Positions 12,502 to 24,420 of a DNA stretch of 64,000 nt are shown here, one piece after another. The translations under genes and the position numbers were made by a program. The DNA is from Calcarisporiella thermophila CBS 279.70. Its lineage: Eukaryota > Fungi > Calcarisporiellomycota. Position 1 is the stretch's first letter. Every line of letters begins with the position of its first letter. The notes under the pieces were generated by a model. That model did no database searches. It was not told the origin of the DNA and was given only the letters and a program-made list of their open reading frames with translations. The stretch is taken from contig NW_027192206.1 in the NCBI RefSeq assembly GCF_041956535.1, positions 523,488 through 587,487 on the forward strand, written 5' to 3'.

Positions 12502-14032
12502 ATGTCCAGTCCCATCTCCCGCACAAAATATGACTTTGAGCAATATGATCTCCCCCCTACACCTACCACCAGCACATCTGCACCGTTACCGAATGCACAA
12601 CCTAATCTCCCCCCCCTCATCGAGCCAAATGCCCCCAATCCTTTGGCTACTCGGCCTCGAAGAGAGGCCAAGCGAATCAGCCAAGCCATTGATCGTCAGA
12701 TTAATCGGGAAAGGGTGCGGAAAGATTCAGAAAATAGTTTAAAAATGTTAATCCTAGGTCAATATAATGAATGAAGACTTTTAGATGATCGAGAAAACCA
12801 AGAGAACTAATGCGACTCTCCTTTTTTTTATAATTTTTTTCCTACAGGAGCAGCAGAATCCGGCAAAACCACCGTCTTGAAACAAATCCGGCTACTACAT
12901 GGCGATGGTCTTGCAGATCGCTCTCACTTCAAACACATTATTTATCTCAATATCCTGAATGCCATCCGCTCCTTAGCGGTTGCAATGCTCAAAAATCAGC
13001 TTCCTCTAGCGAATCCGGAGAACGCCGATCACCTGCACACCATTCTTAATCTAGAGCCCACCCCGGAAGCCACCTTTATGAATGGACAATTCATCGCAAG
13101 CTCCACCGGATTCGACGATACGCCGTCCATAGTTACCCGGGAAGAAGAATACATTACCAGCGTTTTTAAATATGCAGCAGGTTCTGCAAAGGTTCTGTGG
13201 TTGGATGATGGAATTAAGGATGTTTGGAAACTAGGACTTGCGGGGGACCTGCAAGATACCGCAAAACAGTAAGTTCTGCTCTGACACTTCGCATTGATGC
13301 GAACTACAATTGTGAGCTGGATACCCATCTCTTGCTCTTTTCTCTATTCTTCCCTTGGTAGTTTCTTGGACTCAATTGACCGGATAGCATCTGATTACTA
13401 CACTCCCACGGACGACGATATTATACAGGCTAGAGTACGAACGCTGGGGGTATCAGAGCATCGATTTTTTATCGACAAACATACGTACATGTAAGCTCCA
13501 TCCTCCTTACTTTAGCAGGGAAGTGCCTAGGAAATGAATCTTATTATATGCTTTTAGTATTTATGATGTTGGTGGCCACCGATCCCAGCGCAAGTATTGG
13601 GCCCCTTACTTTGACAATTGCAATGCCATTCTATTTCTTGCCGCGATCTCGTCGTTTGATCAAACGCTCTCCGAGGATCCAAGCATCAATCGGCTCACGG
13701 ACAGTGTCGACCTTTTCCGCTCAATCTGCAACCACCCCCTCTTGAAGAAATCCGCCATGATTCTCTTCCTCAATAAAACCGACATCTTGCAAATGAAACT
13801 CGACGCCGGGATCAGGGTTGGCAAGTTTTTCCCAGAGTACAAGGGCTCAAACGATTTCGAGTCGATAGCCAACTTTTTCAGGCGGCAGTTTACGTCGCAG
13901 AAAAGAGATGCCGATAAAGAGATCTACGTGCACTTGACACATGCAACCGACACACAGCAGATGCGTATGATGGTGGCTGCGCTTAATGTTATTGTTGCAA
14001 AAACCAACCTGACTGATGCGGGCCTGCTCTAG
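12502..14032 (+). CDS. Atypical heterotrimeric G-protein alpha subunit
   Basis: AKRISQAIDRQI; P-loop ILGAAESGKTTVLKQIRLLHG; PTDDDIIQARVRTLGV; DVGGHRSQRKYW; LFLNKTD; HLTHATDT. No N-terminal MG myristoylation motif. Confidence 0.92.
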
Positions 14033-14884
14033 CTTTTGTTTCCCTTCCTCCCCCTCTCCTACCTCTTGTTTTGCTGCCTTCCCTCCATTCGCTTGTGTAC
14101 TTTTTGTTTTGCCTGCGACCCCTTGGGCCTGTATTTTTTTTTTCTCATGCATTCAGTGTATGTGTGTGAGCGTGTGATTTTTATGATGATATTGTGTACC
14201 TAAACCATGATGTCCGTTTATTCTATTTCGTTCTCTTTATTAGATCACTGAATATTATCTTTTCCATATCATTTTCCAACGATGTACATTGATCCTTCTT
14301 TCTTGGATGTTTTCTTTCTCAATGTTTATTCTATCAATACAATGCCTCTCTCTCCCTCTCCCTCCTCTTCACCGCACGCGAGACTTTGTCTTCGTCCTGA
14401 TATGCTCTGTTTCACTTCCTCCAACGCCTGACGACCCCTAACTAACACAGAATTGGTTCTCCATCGGCCAGGCCCGCCCGTCCTGTTTCACCGAAGCAAG
14501 CCCAGCCTCCCCCAAGGCAAATGTTCCGAGTCACCCTCCATAGATGGGGCAGCCTGCTGACAGCAAAGGCTACAGCTGGCTGTGGCTTTTGAAATTGGTT
14601 CTGCACAACCTTTAAGACGGGTATAAAAGCGGCGCGAGAGGATGAATACGGAAATTTTATTCTCCTATTTCGCCGCCAAGGCAACTCCTCAGATCCTCAA
14701 TCCATTATTGATTTTCCGAATGCCAGCTTCCACTCTCGAGAGCATATATTGAACCTTCGCTAATCTTGAACTAATATTCGCATAGCTTTGCTCCGTAAAG
14801 GGGGAAGACGGTCCATCCGAGTTTCACGCGATGAGGTGCAAGCATGCATATTTCTTGAATGCACTGGATAAGTTTCATTCGTTT

Positions 14885-14976
14885 TTTTTTCCTACGTGGA
14901 GGCCATGACATGGCCTCCACGTAGGAAAAAATAAAAATTCCAATATCGAATAGTAATACAATGTATTACTATTCGA
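14885..14976. repeat. Two adjacent perfect inverted repeats (23-bp and 15-bp arms, 1-nt loops)
   Basis: ttttttcctacgtggaggccatg-a-catggcctccacgtaggaaaaaa (14885-14931) and tcgaatagtaataca-a-tgtattactattcga (14946-14976). Confidence 0.9.
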
Positions 14977-15377
14977 AATGGATGAGAATCAGTGTAAAAG
15001 CTCATTATAAAGCTATCACACTTCACCATATCAATTCAACTTGACAGTACATCTACTCAAGCTGTGACAACAAACCCAGAGGTTTAAGACGGCATTCTCT
15101 AAATGGGCTTGTCCCCCGCCTCAAACGTGAAGAACGCGGCTCTGGAGTTTTAATTCCTTTGAAAATTAATTATTATAGAGAGGAAATATGGGATATACAA
15201 TCTTTCGAATCTGCCATGAGGAAATGGAAAAAATTGAAAAATAAAAAGTCAATAAATATGCTATACGGTCACGAAATAATGGAAATAGTAGGATAGTGAA
15301 TTGGATCCAGGAGGAAATAAAGGAAGGACTTTACAGCTCAATGTGTTTATCACAAGCCAATAAATAGGCGATATCCG

Positions 15378-17536
15378 TCAATTGCGACCGATAATAGCCG
15401 ACCCGTTGTTCGAATTTGATACTGGCTGCCCTTGTGGCATGGATTGCGATGCATGAACTACGTTATTAGTCGCAGCGGTTCCAGGGGGCTGCGACTGTGG
15501 CGGGTAGGATTGCCGTGGTTGGTGCGGCTCCGCTATGGGAGCTGAACTGGAGGGGAATTGGGACGGGATGGATATTAGAAATGGAGCAGACTGCAGGTGC
15601 GAATAATTAACGTCGCCCGTCATCGATCTCATAGGAGCTGGTTGATATGCACCACCCCCCACATAGTGCTGCTCATTAGCTGCTATCGGAAACGAATAGT
15701 GCCCTGCACGAGGATGCTGACCAGGATGCCCTGGGGAGTAACCCGGAGGTCCATTCTTGAACCCAATGCTCGTTGCGCTATCGTCTTCGGGGGACGAAGT
15801 GCCCTCGAGTGGACCCGCACCAGGATTGGACCTATAGTTGTATTTTCGGCGGTGGCGCAGGATAAGGAGCACGGCGACAATGGCCACGGCGCCTACAATC
15901 AGAATGCTCCCTAGTACCGTGCCAATGATGGCTCCTTGCGAGAGAGCCGGCTGCGATACAACCTGCGGCATAGTGTTGGGCACTATCGGGGGGTTGGCTG
16001 GAGGAGTATGGTTTTCCATTGGCGGATCCAAGTTAAAATTCGTTTCAAGCATGCTTGGGACATAGCGGTTAGTAAAGTTTCCCGTGGTTACGTCGTAGAC
16101 GAAAATATTATTATCTGTTCACCGAAAAGGAAAAGGGCTGGAGTTAATTGGAGTTACTATGATTCATTTTCGCACACGCACATCTACGCATGTGTGCGCG
16201 TGTGTTCGATATCGGCTCTATAGAAGATGTTCACTTACCCATTGTTGTCCCATTGAATTCTGTCGCCCCAAACATGATCATCACATTGGATCCGGAGCGA
16301 GCACACTGGTGGCGCATACGCGGGGTGGGTGGGATTGCGCCAGGTGAAATGCCAGGGTTCAGTTGGATCCAGGACCAAGTCCGAGTATTGAGAATCCAAG
16401 CGTCACCGAAAAGTGAAGACACCCCATCGGTCCCGCCGCAAATGAAGATGCCACCATCTTGTGCTGATAACGGGAGAGGAGGGAGAGGAGGGAGGGAGGG
16501 CGTTAGCAATTGATGGAGACAGAGCAAAGTATATTGAGTGAGTCCGGTTCAAACTCTACTTACTTATTGTAGCACCATGCAGCCAACGCTTCGGCGGATA
16601 GGGACCAACTAGATCCTTGGTTGACCATACCCTCTTTGCAGTATCAAAGATATAGGCCACCCCCATGCTGCGCATCTCGGTTCCCGTGTGCCCCCCTAAC
16701 ACAATCATTTTTCTAGAGAACAGTAGTGAATACGCGCCCCTTATCTCTCTAGCCCAAATAAACCTTACCCGTTCACCAAAGAAGCTGTCACGAGATAGAA
16801 GGAATACAGTTAGGTCGTTTCTGTGCCCTTTCCCCAATTCTAAACAACATTTACCAGTATGTCCAGTGACCGGCCCGGAAACAGGATTCATCTGCTCTGT
16901 AATGATCTGCTCCCACTTGAAGGTTGCCCCGTCGAATCGATACAATTCATTCAGCACATGGATATCCTCTCCTAACTCCATTTGGCCCCCATATACCCAA
17001 CTCACCCCATTCTTCTCACTCACTGCACTACTATACGCTCTTCTACTAGGGGCAGTGCCAGCGCTCCACGTGTAATTACTCAGGGCTAATTTGAATTCTG
17101 TGTTTGGGTCATTGGGCGAAAAGCTAGACGCGACCATTCCCCCAAAAGTAACCATGTATGGGTCTTTGGCATTGCCACCAGGGAGAAGTACATTGCCTGC
17201 CACAGGAAACGGAAGGGATGCCTCCCCAGATACGGGAAGCCATGCGGGCTTGGATACATCCCACTGTTGGCTGAGATCAAGGATGGCAAGTTCGGAGCTG
17301 GGTAGAGGGATTCCGTTCTTGATGGTGGCACCACCATAGAACATCAGACTAGTTGAGGAGAGGCCCAAGTTAGAAAGGAAAACTACGGCTCAAAGTCAAG
17401 ATTTTCACTGAATGCTGCGCAAGCACAGGCCTTACCGATTCCCGAGGAGCAGTTGCCCGAATGAGCTCTTGGGCGCAGGAGTGAATGCGACCGCAGCAGT
17501 AATGAGAAAAGCGAATACATATATACTCATTATCAT
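15378..17536 (-). CDS. Type-I membrane Kelch-repeat (beta-propeller) protein
   Basis: Signal peptide MIMSIYVFAFLITAAVA; repeated Kelch motifs (MFYGG, VTFGG, WVYGG, IVLGG, FICGG, IMFG with downstream W); TM helix GAIIGTVLGSILIVGAVAIVAVLLIL followed by RHRRK; Pro/Gln/Ser-rich cytoplasmic tail. Confidence 0.8.
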
Positions 17537-18117
17537 GCCAAGAATTGGGGAGTAGAAGAGAATGATGCCGCCTATATATCCAGAAGCAAATAGAGGAGAG
17601 GAGGGCACACGGTTACGAGAGGTTGTGTAAGAGGACGAATGAAACTAGTCAAGCCTCCTTATTCGGCCATAGAACACAAGAATCTTATTATATGCCTTAA
17701 AACAAAACAGCCTCAAGCCATAAATTGCCACCAAGTCGAGAAATCGTGGCTTATTCCTGTCTCAAGCTGAGCCTGGTATGGTATCATTGCCATTCTTCGT
17801 CATTCATGTGTACTTAATCCCCATACCGCACTGTTTCGTTTCCTACCGGATCCCATTCTCATGCTTACTTCCAAAATAGGGCATATAATTCAGAGGCCTC
17901 TTTATATAAAATACAGCCCAATGGAGAGTTGTAGGATGCATAAACTCCTTACTTGTATTAGTAATAGGGATTTGGGGAAAAGACCATGAAATAATAGAGT
18001 GGAGATGCTTCCGAGTATTCAGAAACCCACTTCCCTGCTTGGAGAAAATTAAGTATTAAGTAATAAGCATATTGCAAAAAAGGGTATCATCACAATTTAA
18101 ATTTTTAAAAATGTTAA

Positions 18118-18190
18118 CGCCCGATGTGGGGCTCGAACCCACGGCCTTGGGATTAAAAGTCCCACGCTCTACCGATTGAGCTAACCGGGC
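18118..18190 (-). tRNA. tRNA-Lys(UUU), intronless
   Basis: Reverse complement GCCCGGTTAGCTCAATCGGTAGAGCGTGGGACTTTTAATCCCAAGGCCGTGGGTTCGAGCCCCACATCGGGCG folds to a full cloverleaf with anticodon TTT; T-runs follow downstream. Confidence 0.95.
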
Positions 18191-18271
18191 TTACTTGATT
18201 CGTTTGTCAAATTTTTCCTGTTGTAGCAAAGTTTTTGCATTTTTTTATTCGTACGGGCTGCAATGTGAGGA

Positions 18272-18346
18272 GGAGGGATGGTGTAGTGGACTATCCCAGG
18301 GATGCCGAATGAAACGGCGTGGGTTTGAACCCCACTTCCCCCACCA
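18272..18346 (+). ncRNA. tRNA-like element or tRNA pseudogene without a canonical anticodon arm
   Basis: GGAGGGA/TTCCCCC acceptor-like stem followed by A-CCA; A-box-like TGGTGTAGTGG; T-arm GTGGG-TTTGAAC-CCCAC; internal hairpin GCCG-AATGAAA-CGGC. Confidence 0.5.
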
Positions 18347-19001
18347 GCACTCACTATTATATCGTGGCTGCTGTCCACTTTGATCAAGATTGAGTCTCTA
18401 TTACCGGAAAGATCGCTCCTACGAAAAAGTACAGATTACATCGATATATTAACCTGGAAGATAGTTTTGGCTTGATGTAAATAATAATCTATCTTTCTCT
18501 CCAGCTCTGATCGATTTTGGCGTTGCAAAAGTAATAATCGTGTTACGTGGCGCTATTTCTTACATCACAAACAAATACTGCTGCATATCAAAACCATGAG
18601 ATTTTCTTAGAAGAATTTGCAAAGTAAATTGTCCCCGGCTCTCGAGACTCAATTCGGAAATCCACCAGTTACAAACCACTTACCAAAAAATGTTAACTTT
18701 AATATGTGGAAGGATGATACCACCCTCCTATGCGCTTAATCTAGCTTGCCCAAACAGTTGAATAGGTTTGTAGCAACCCTGTTTTTCGTCAAAAAATTAG
18801 CAAAGTTTGCTCCGGATTTTATGGAGGAGTTTGTTTCGACGGATGATGCGGGCCCGAGCCGCCTCCAATACTTGGTTTCCGATATAATTGAAAACAATTT
18901 TCAGACGTAATTGAAAAGACAATATAAAAGAGAAGAATTCTACCTCACTTAGCTCCATCCAAATATTCAAAATATTTACCCTTCCCCAAAATTATCAAAC
19001 C

Positions 19002-19463
19002 ATGGACAGTAATATATACCCTTTTTATGAAAGAGATAACATTCTTTGTGATGATGCTACACACTCCGTTGCCGTCTCTCTTTCGACTGTGACAAATAAA
19101 AATCTACAGGATCAACAGGGCGAGTTTTACACGTGCATATCTTGCGGAAGCGCTGCGCTGTGTAATAATACAATAGATGATCTCGATGTAGAGCTCTATC
19201 AACAGAGTGTTGATACTCCGGCTACCGTTTCCGTTGAGTTTATATCGAATCGTCCGGAACCCACTAGTCCTAATACCGTCAATATGATGTACGTCATGCA
19301 AAGCGATCAACCTGGCTCTCAGTGCTATATCTTAGAAGTATTTGAGCTGATTTATCAAAAAGGAATAGATGCAGGCTTGACTAAGAAGACGGCTTCTATT
19401 CTAGTTATAATAGTAATATTTATGGCCTTATTTATTGGGGTAACGTATCTTACCAGGAATTAA
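19002..19463 (+). CDS. Hypothetical 153-aa protein with CxxC motif and C-terminal TM anchor
   Basis: Intronless ORF with ACCATGG context and TATAAAA about 80 bp upstream; hydrophobic tail ILVIIVIFMALFIGVTYL; no family recognised. Confidence 0.55.
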   Translation: MDSNIYPFYERDNILCDDATHSVAVSLSTVTNKNLQDQQGEFYTCISCGSAALCNNTIDDLDVELYQQSVDTPATVSVEFISNRPEPTSPNTVNMMYVMQSDQPGSQCYILEVFELIYQKGIDAGLTKKTASILVIIVIFMALFIGVTYLTRN

Positions 19464-21226
19464 TGGTGTTATTAATTATACACTTTGCTTGATCTACATA
19501 ATACTTTATGTTAATTTTGAATATGTGTTTTAATAAGTGTTACGTTTCGTAGTTTCAGCTTGTCTTATACTTGTGACTATTTGTGATAGCATCATTATAT
19601 GCATATATATATATATTGGCTTTTGGACTTTGGAATAAACTAAGCGGAGTTTTCTCTTACTCTCCTATCTCAAACTATCCATAACAATAAGCTTGTAATC
19701 TCGTAAGCCACCATTTTGATCGGGTGCGCTTAGGAAGAATTTCTTCCTTAATAATTTTATGGGCTTCATACTGCTAATTCTTCGCTACTTTGCGCTCTGC
19801 CTTCATTTTCTTCCATTGTAAGTCTGTCGGAAATATGCATGGTTTAATCGAGTTCGTTGTACTGATCGTTGCCTCCGCTGGAGTTTTCCATATATAAATG
19901 ACTCGATGCTCTCTTTGATCTTTGCCGAGGTACTATGAATCAACCATTTAGATAAAAAAAAACCTGTATAACTAAAAAGTATGAAACATACCCAAGCGGG
20001 GAACATTGGACTATTCCATTCAGCTAAAACTAAATTTTGGGGTCTCTCCTCTGAGCTTCCTTCAATATTCGAGTCTTCGTTTCTAAATATCCTATTTTAA
20101 TGTATCGTGCAACCTGTGAGAGGACAGAATAAGATTGGCAACCTAATACCCCATCTTACGATGGGAAATAAGGTCCAGAGTGTGGACTACGGTGGAATGG
20201 GGTGAAAAAGAAGTATTTACATTCACAAGAGTAATGAGAAACGGGTCGAACAACAAAGGAGAATCTGTTATCTCTAACCACGCCGCCTCCTGACAACAGA
20301 GCAATAGCCATGTATAAAATTAAATTTGCCCATTAGCCGTATCCTGACCTTGTTGAAATCAAAAAGGAGATTATTGGTGTAAAAAATTGAAACCAAAATT
20401 CAACTAGAGATTCATTTTGAAGTGTAAACTTTACACAATCTTGAGCAAGCGTGTCGACCTAAGGTATGTATGTAAGGAAAAGGATATTAGATAAGTAGAG
20501 TGAGCAGAGCTTGGCCATATTACATTGAGGTTTGAATGTGGAAGACTATAATACAATCTCCTTGCCTTATCCCGTAAACACATTCCACGGCCCTTGGCAT
20601 CATGGTAGACTGGAAAAATTATCCTGCTCATTTTGATTAAGCTTTCGTATAGGCTAAGCTTTACGCGTGGAAAAATCTCTTTATAACATCGTAAAGCGAG
20701 CAAGAATGAGTATACTCGATAGAAACGTACATGAGGGAATTTTATTTTCTAAGCCGATATCGGTTTTGCACCAACACTGGAATTATAATTATACTCAAAC
20801 TTTATTAGAATATTTAGCCTAAAAGATCCATTCAAAATAGCCGAAGTTACCATTGCGTTGGATTGGCCTTCATAGTTGAGACACCATCATCCACCCTTGA
20901 AGATAGCGTGGAGTAAACAAGGTTAAGAAAACGAGAGAAGGTGCTTAGATTGAGTTTAAGTTTGATTTGAATAAAGCCAATACGTTATCACCTAACTTAG
21001 GCCGCATCAAAGATATGGACGCGAAAAGCAGAATACCTATTTCACAACAATGGACTCAGCACTTGGACGGGGTATGCCCAAGAACACTCTACTTTAAGGT
21101 TATGACTTTGCCTCTTAACAACCGTATATAAGCGGGTGCAGGCAAAAGGGAGCATCCCAATATCTTCTCTCACCTATTTTTCCAAACAGCTTAACAAACA
21201 TTCAATTTGACGAACAACTTGACGCG

Positions 21227-21469
21227 ATGAAGACGAGCATGTTTCTCCTGGCATTCGCTTTGGTGGCAGGCTTCGCATCAGCCTACAGCTGCAGATGTGA
21301 TCGAAGCAATGGTGGTGACATTCAATTCCAGGCAACGCAATCATGCTGCCGAAAAGTGGGCGGCAGTCTGCATCAAGACGGTTATGGCTGCGTGATGCGC
21401 GACGGGGATATGACCGCAAACTACCGAAACTGCTGTTGGCGAACTGCTGTAGGCGAGCGGTGCTGGTAG
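21227..21469 (+). CDS. Small secreted cysteine-rich protein (80 aa, 8 Cys)
   Basis: Signal peptide MKTSMFLLAFALVAGFASA; mature part CxC..TxxCC..C..CC..C; TATATAA at ~21125; AATAAA downstream. Confidence 0.8.
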   Translation: MKTSMFLLAFALVAGFASAYSCRCDRSNGGDIQFQATQSCCRKVGGSLHQDGYGCVMRDGDMTANYRNCCWRTAVGERCW

Positions 21470-22218
21470 AGATGGCTACCAATATTCTACTACGTCGATA
21501 CCGTGTATAATGCATATTAACTGTTTATGTTAATAAAGTCAGCATTATAACCAGTCACTTATTAACTTGCCTGTTAAAGCTATATAACGCCCTAAAACTA
21601 GACAGGTGTCAGGAAGGCCTATCCAGAAAAATATTCTTATATTCCTATCCATTTTGATTAATTTAGCGTTCTCAAGAGAGATACCCGATTCGATGGATCC
21701 CCAAGGTAAATAATGCGGTAATCCACCTATAATTAATCAAGTACTCTCCTTATTCCTTGTATGCCGACAAGTTTCTCAACAGCCCCATTCTTTCCTTAGA
21801 GATTTCCTAGTGGTTAAACCATATTCAATGGGACCTTCTGTCGATACACTTGTGAAGTTGGTAAACTGCTTTCATTCGTGAAATACTTCGGAATACCGCC
21901 TCTTTTTATTATGAAGAACATTGATCCAACATATAAAACTATTATCTTGTATTCGATACACAGAGAATGGACGCAACTATGCATGAACTTGGAAAGAGAC
22001 CTTTATAAATATCAATAAGGAGGTTACAGCCATATATTTGGTCTTTGAGTGTTAATAATAACTCTGAACATTATTTATCTCGATAATTTAGATAACTTGG
22101 ACATATCATTAAGCCTTTGACTTGTTCATATTTGCAAGAGAATCTTTCTTGAGCGCACACCCAAAAACAGGTGCGAAATTTTTGGTTTATATAGTTCAAC
22201 CTGACGCCAATTTTCGTT

Positions 22219-22291
22219 GCCCGGTTAGCTCAATCGGTAGAGCGTGGGACTTTTAATCCCAAGGCCGTGGGTTCGAGCCCCACATCGGGCG
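22219..22291 (+). tRNA. tRNA-Lys(UUU), identical to the copy at 18118-18190
   Basis: GCCCGGTTAGCTCAATCGGTAGAGCGTGGGACTTTTAATCCCAAGGCCGTGGGTTCGAGCCCCACATCGGGCG followed by a TTTTT terminator. Confidence 0.95.
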
Positions 22292-22898
22292 CAAGCGTTT
22301 TTGATTTCAACCTTTACAAACGCCTATTTTTACCCTTTATTTTTGCAAAAATAGGTGGAGTAAAAACCCTCCTTCAAGGTCTTTTAGTTCCACCCTTGAG
22401 CCCATCTAGATAATGCCTTCTAATATGGTGTAGGCCAAATAGGGTATCATTTTGGTAGGGATTACAAGGTCAGAGTTTTCAGAGAGGAAGCCGGCTTCCC
22501 GAACCTACCGCCATCATGCCTCCGACACATCACCTGTTATGTCACCACTCCAAGCTTGCTTGCATGAACGACGGATGCATCAAACCATTGCGCGGGGCTG
22601 CGGGCTACTCTACTTCGCCTCCCCTTGTTTTATTCCATCACCAAAATAAGGAAAAACAACACATTTTATGAACTATTCTAAGTTATTATGAAAAAGGGGC
22701 TATTAAAAACACAATTTTAGAAAATAATTTAAGATGGCATTAAAGGGTAAAACTAAAAACAAAAACAAATAGGTACAAAACTCAATCCACGTTAAGAATA
22801 GGTTGGGCCCATTCCGTCAACGATCAATAGAGGAAGGGGGGTATCCTATCTTCATGGCTGCTAAGCAAATTATAAAGTCTCTTTTCCCCTCCCTCAGG

Positions 22899-24420
22899 TT
22901 ATAAGTGCATTCCTCCTTTGTGAGACGGGTTGTGCGAGTCGAATTTCTCCATCCGCTCGATGCCCGCTCGCATCTCGAGCTCGTACTCCCTCTCGTCGGC
23001 GCGGGAGAGCTCGGTGCGGGAGTGGGTCTGCTCATAACCTGTGCTCTCCGGGCCATTCATCCCCAACCCCTTCATGATCACTCCACTGAAGGCTCCACCG
23101 GACGGGTTGGGATGCGAGTTGGGGTCCTGTCCCGTGTGGCCGGTGGACTTCTTGCGCATCGGCACAAACCATGTTGAGTAAAAATAAGCGACAAAGTGCA
23201 CGAATCCGCGAAGGGAGACCATGAGGACTTGGAGGGTGAGCAAGCCATCGTTAAATTGGTTTGTGCTGAGACTGTAGATACGGGAGGCGGTGGGGAAGAT
23301 CCAGATGATGATGTAGGAGAGGAGGTAGATGGAGGTGTTCTTGACGAAAACCGTGGTAAATCGAGACAGGGCCGAGTTCTTAACATTGGCTCTGTGGAAT
23401 AGAAGCGAAAAATAAGAAATGCCGTCCATTAGTACTGGTGCCATTTCCGAATCGTTTCAATGTCCTTGCTCCCTACTCCCCCCCCTTCTTTCAAGGACTC
23501 AGAGCCATTCTACTTACGTGAGAATCTTGCGTGCTGTCTTGAATAAGTAGAAGGCACTCACAATGTACGCGACGGCATCCACAATGAAAATGATCCACAT
23601 CGGGATGTAGAAGATGTACATACGCCAGAGCACAAAGTTGCCGGCTTTGATCCAGCACCATAGCTGTGCATCGCCAATCATGCTACCCTGCACCGGATCA
23701 GTCACAATGAGGGTGGGCAAGGCGATAAGGAAGGGAACGATAAAGCAGATAGCGATCCAGAATTTCTCGAGCGACATGACCCGGGTTGCGGGCAAGTTGA
23801 AGACCACCACCAGAATCATGTTAATGGCCTATACGAAATGACCGCAATGGCAACCATTAGCTTATCCAAAGTGCGAATTAGGATTGGGCAGGGCAACCGC
23901 TTACCATGGCCATGGTCCAAAAGAACCCGCAAATGTCCATCCATTGCATCACAAAGCCTTGGGCCTTGCACGCGGCCGAGTCCGGGGCCTGGATTGCCCA
24001 CCTGGGTACCGGGCAAAAGCATTTTGACGCATTAGCCGCCACCCATTGGCGTCGAGGAAATGACAAATACTACCCACCTTCCCAGAAAGGTTGCCGTACA
24101 CGCTATTAAGTCGGAGAATGCAAGCCATAAAATTAATCGCGTGGTTGCATTGCGGAAACGAGGGAAGCAAAGGAAGGTCTAAGGAGCATGACAGCGGTTT
24201 TGTTAGTCTCGTTGGCCTAGGAGCAGACGCGGGCGGGGCCGCGCTGGACAACTTACAAAGATGATGGTGAGCGACCCGATGATGGAGATGATGGACCCTA
24301 CGGTCGCAATAGTCTGCGAGGAGGAGAGAGATGGGTGAGTGTTTGCGTAAACAATCTTTTGTTTCCCTTTCTCTTGCAGGATTAAGCCGAGCAACTTACA
24401 AAGTTTGTTTCCTGCCCCAT
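22899..24420 (-). CDS. 7-TM GPCR, cAMP-receptor-like (Dicty_CAR/CRL/Git3-like)
   Basis: Spliced: MGQETNF|TIATVGSIISIIGSLTIIF|TFLCFPRFRNATTRLILWLAFSDL...ACKAQGFVMQW...FWTMAMAIN...GDAQLWCWI...FYIPMW...YLLSYIIIWIFPTASRIY...SLRGFVHFVAY. These are CRL-family motifs. Confidence 0.85.

Noticed and set aside
18272-18346. Possible tRNA-Sec or tRNA-Ser(UGA)
   Set aside because: No TCA anticodon and no long acceptor/variable arm; the AATGAAA loop lacks the conserved U33 and sits directly against the T-arm.
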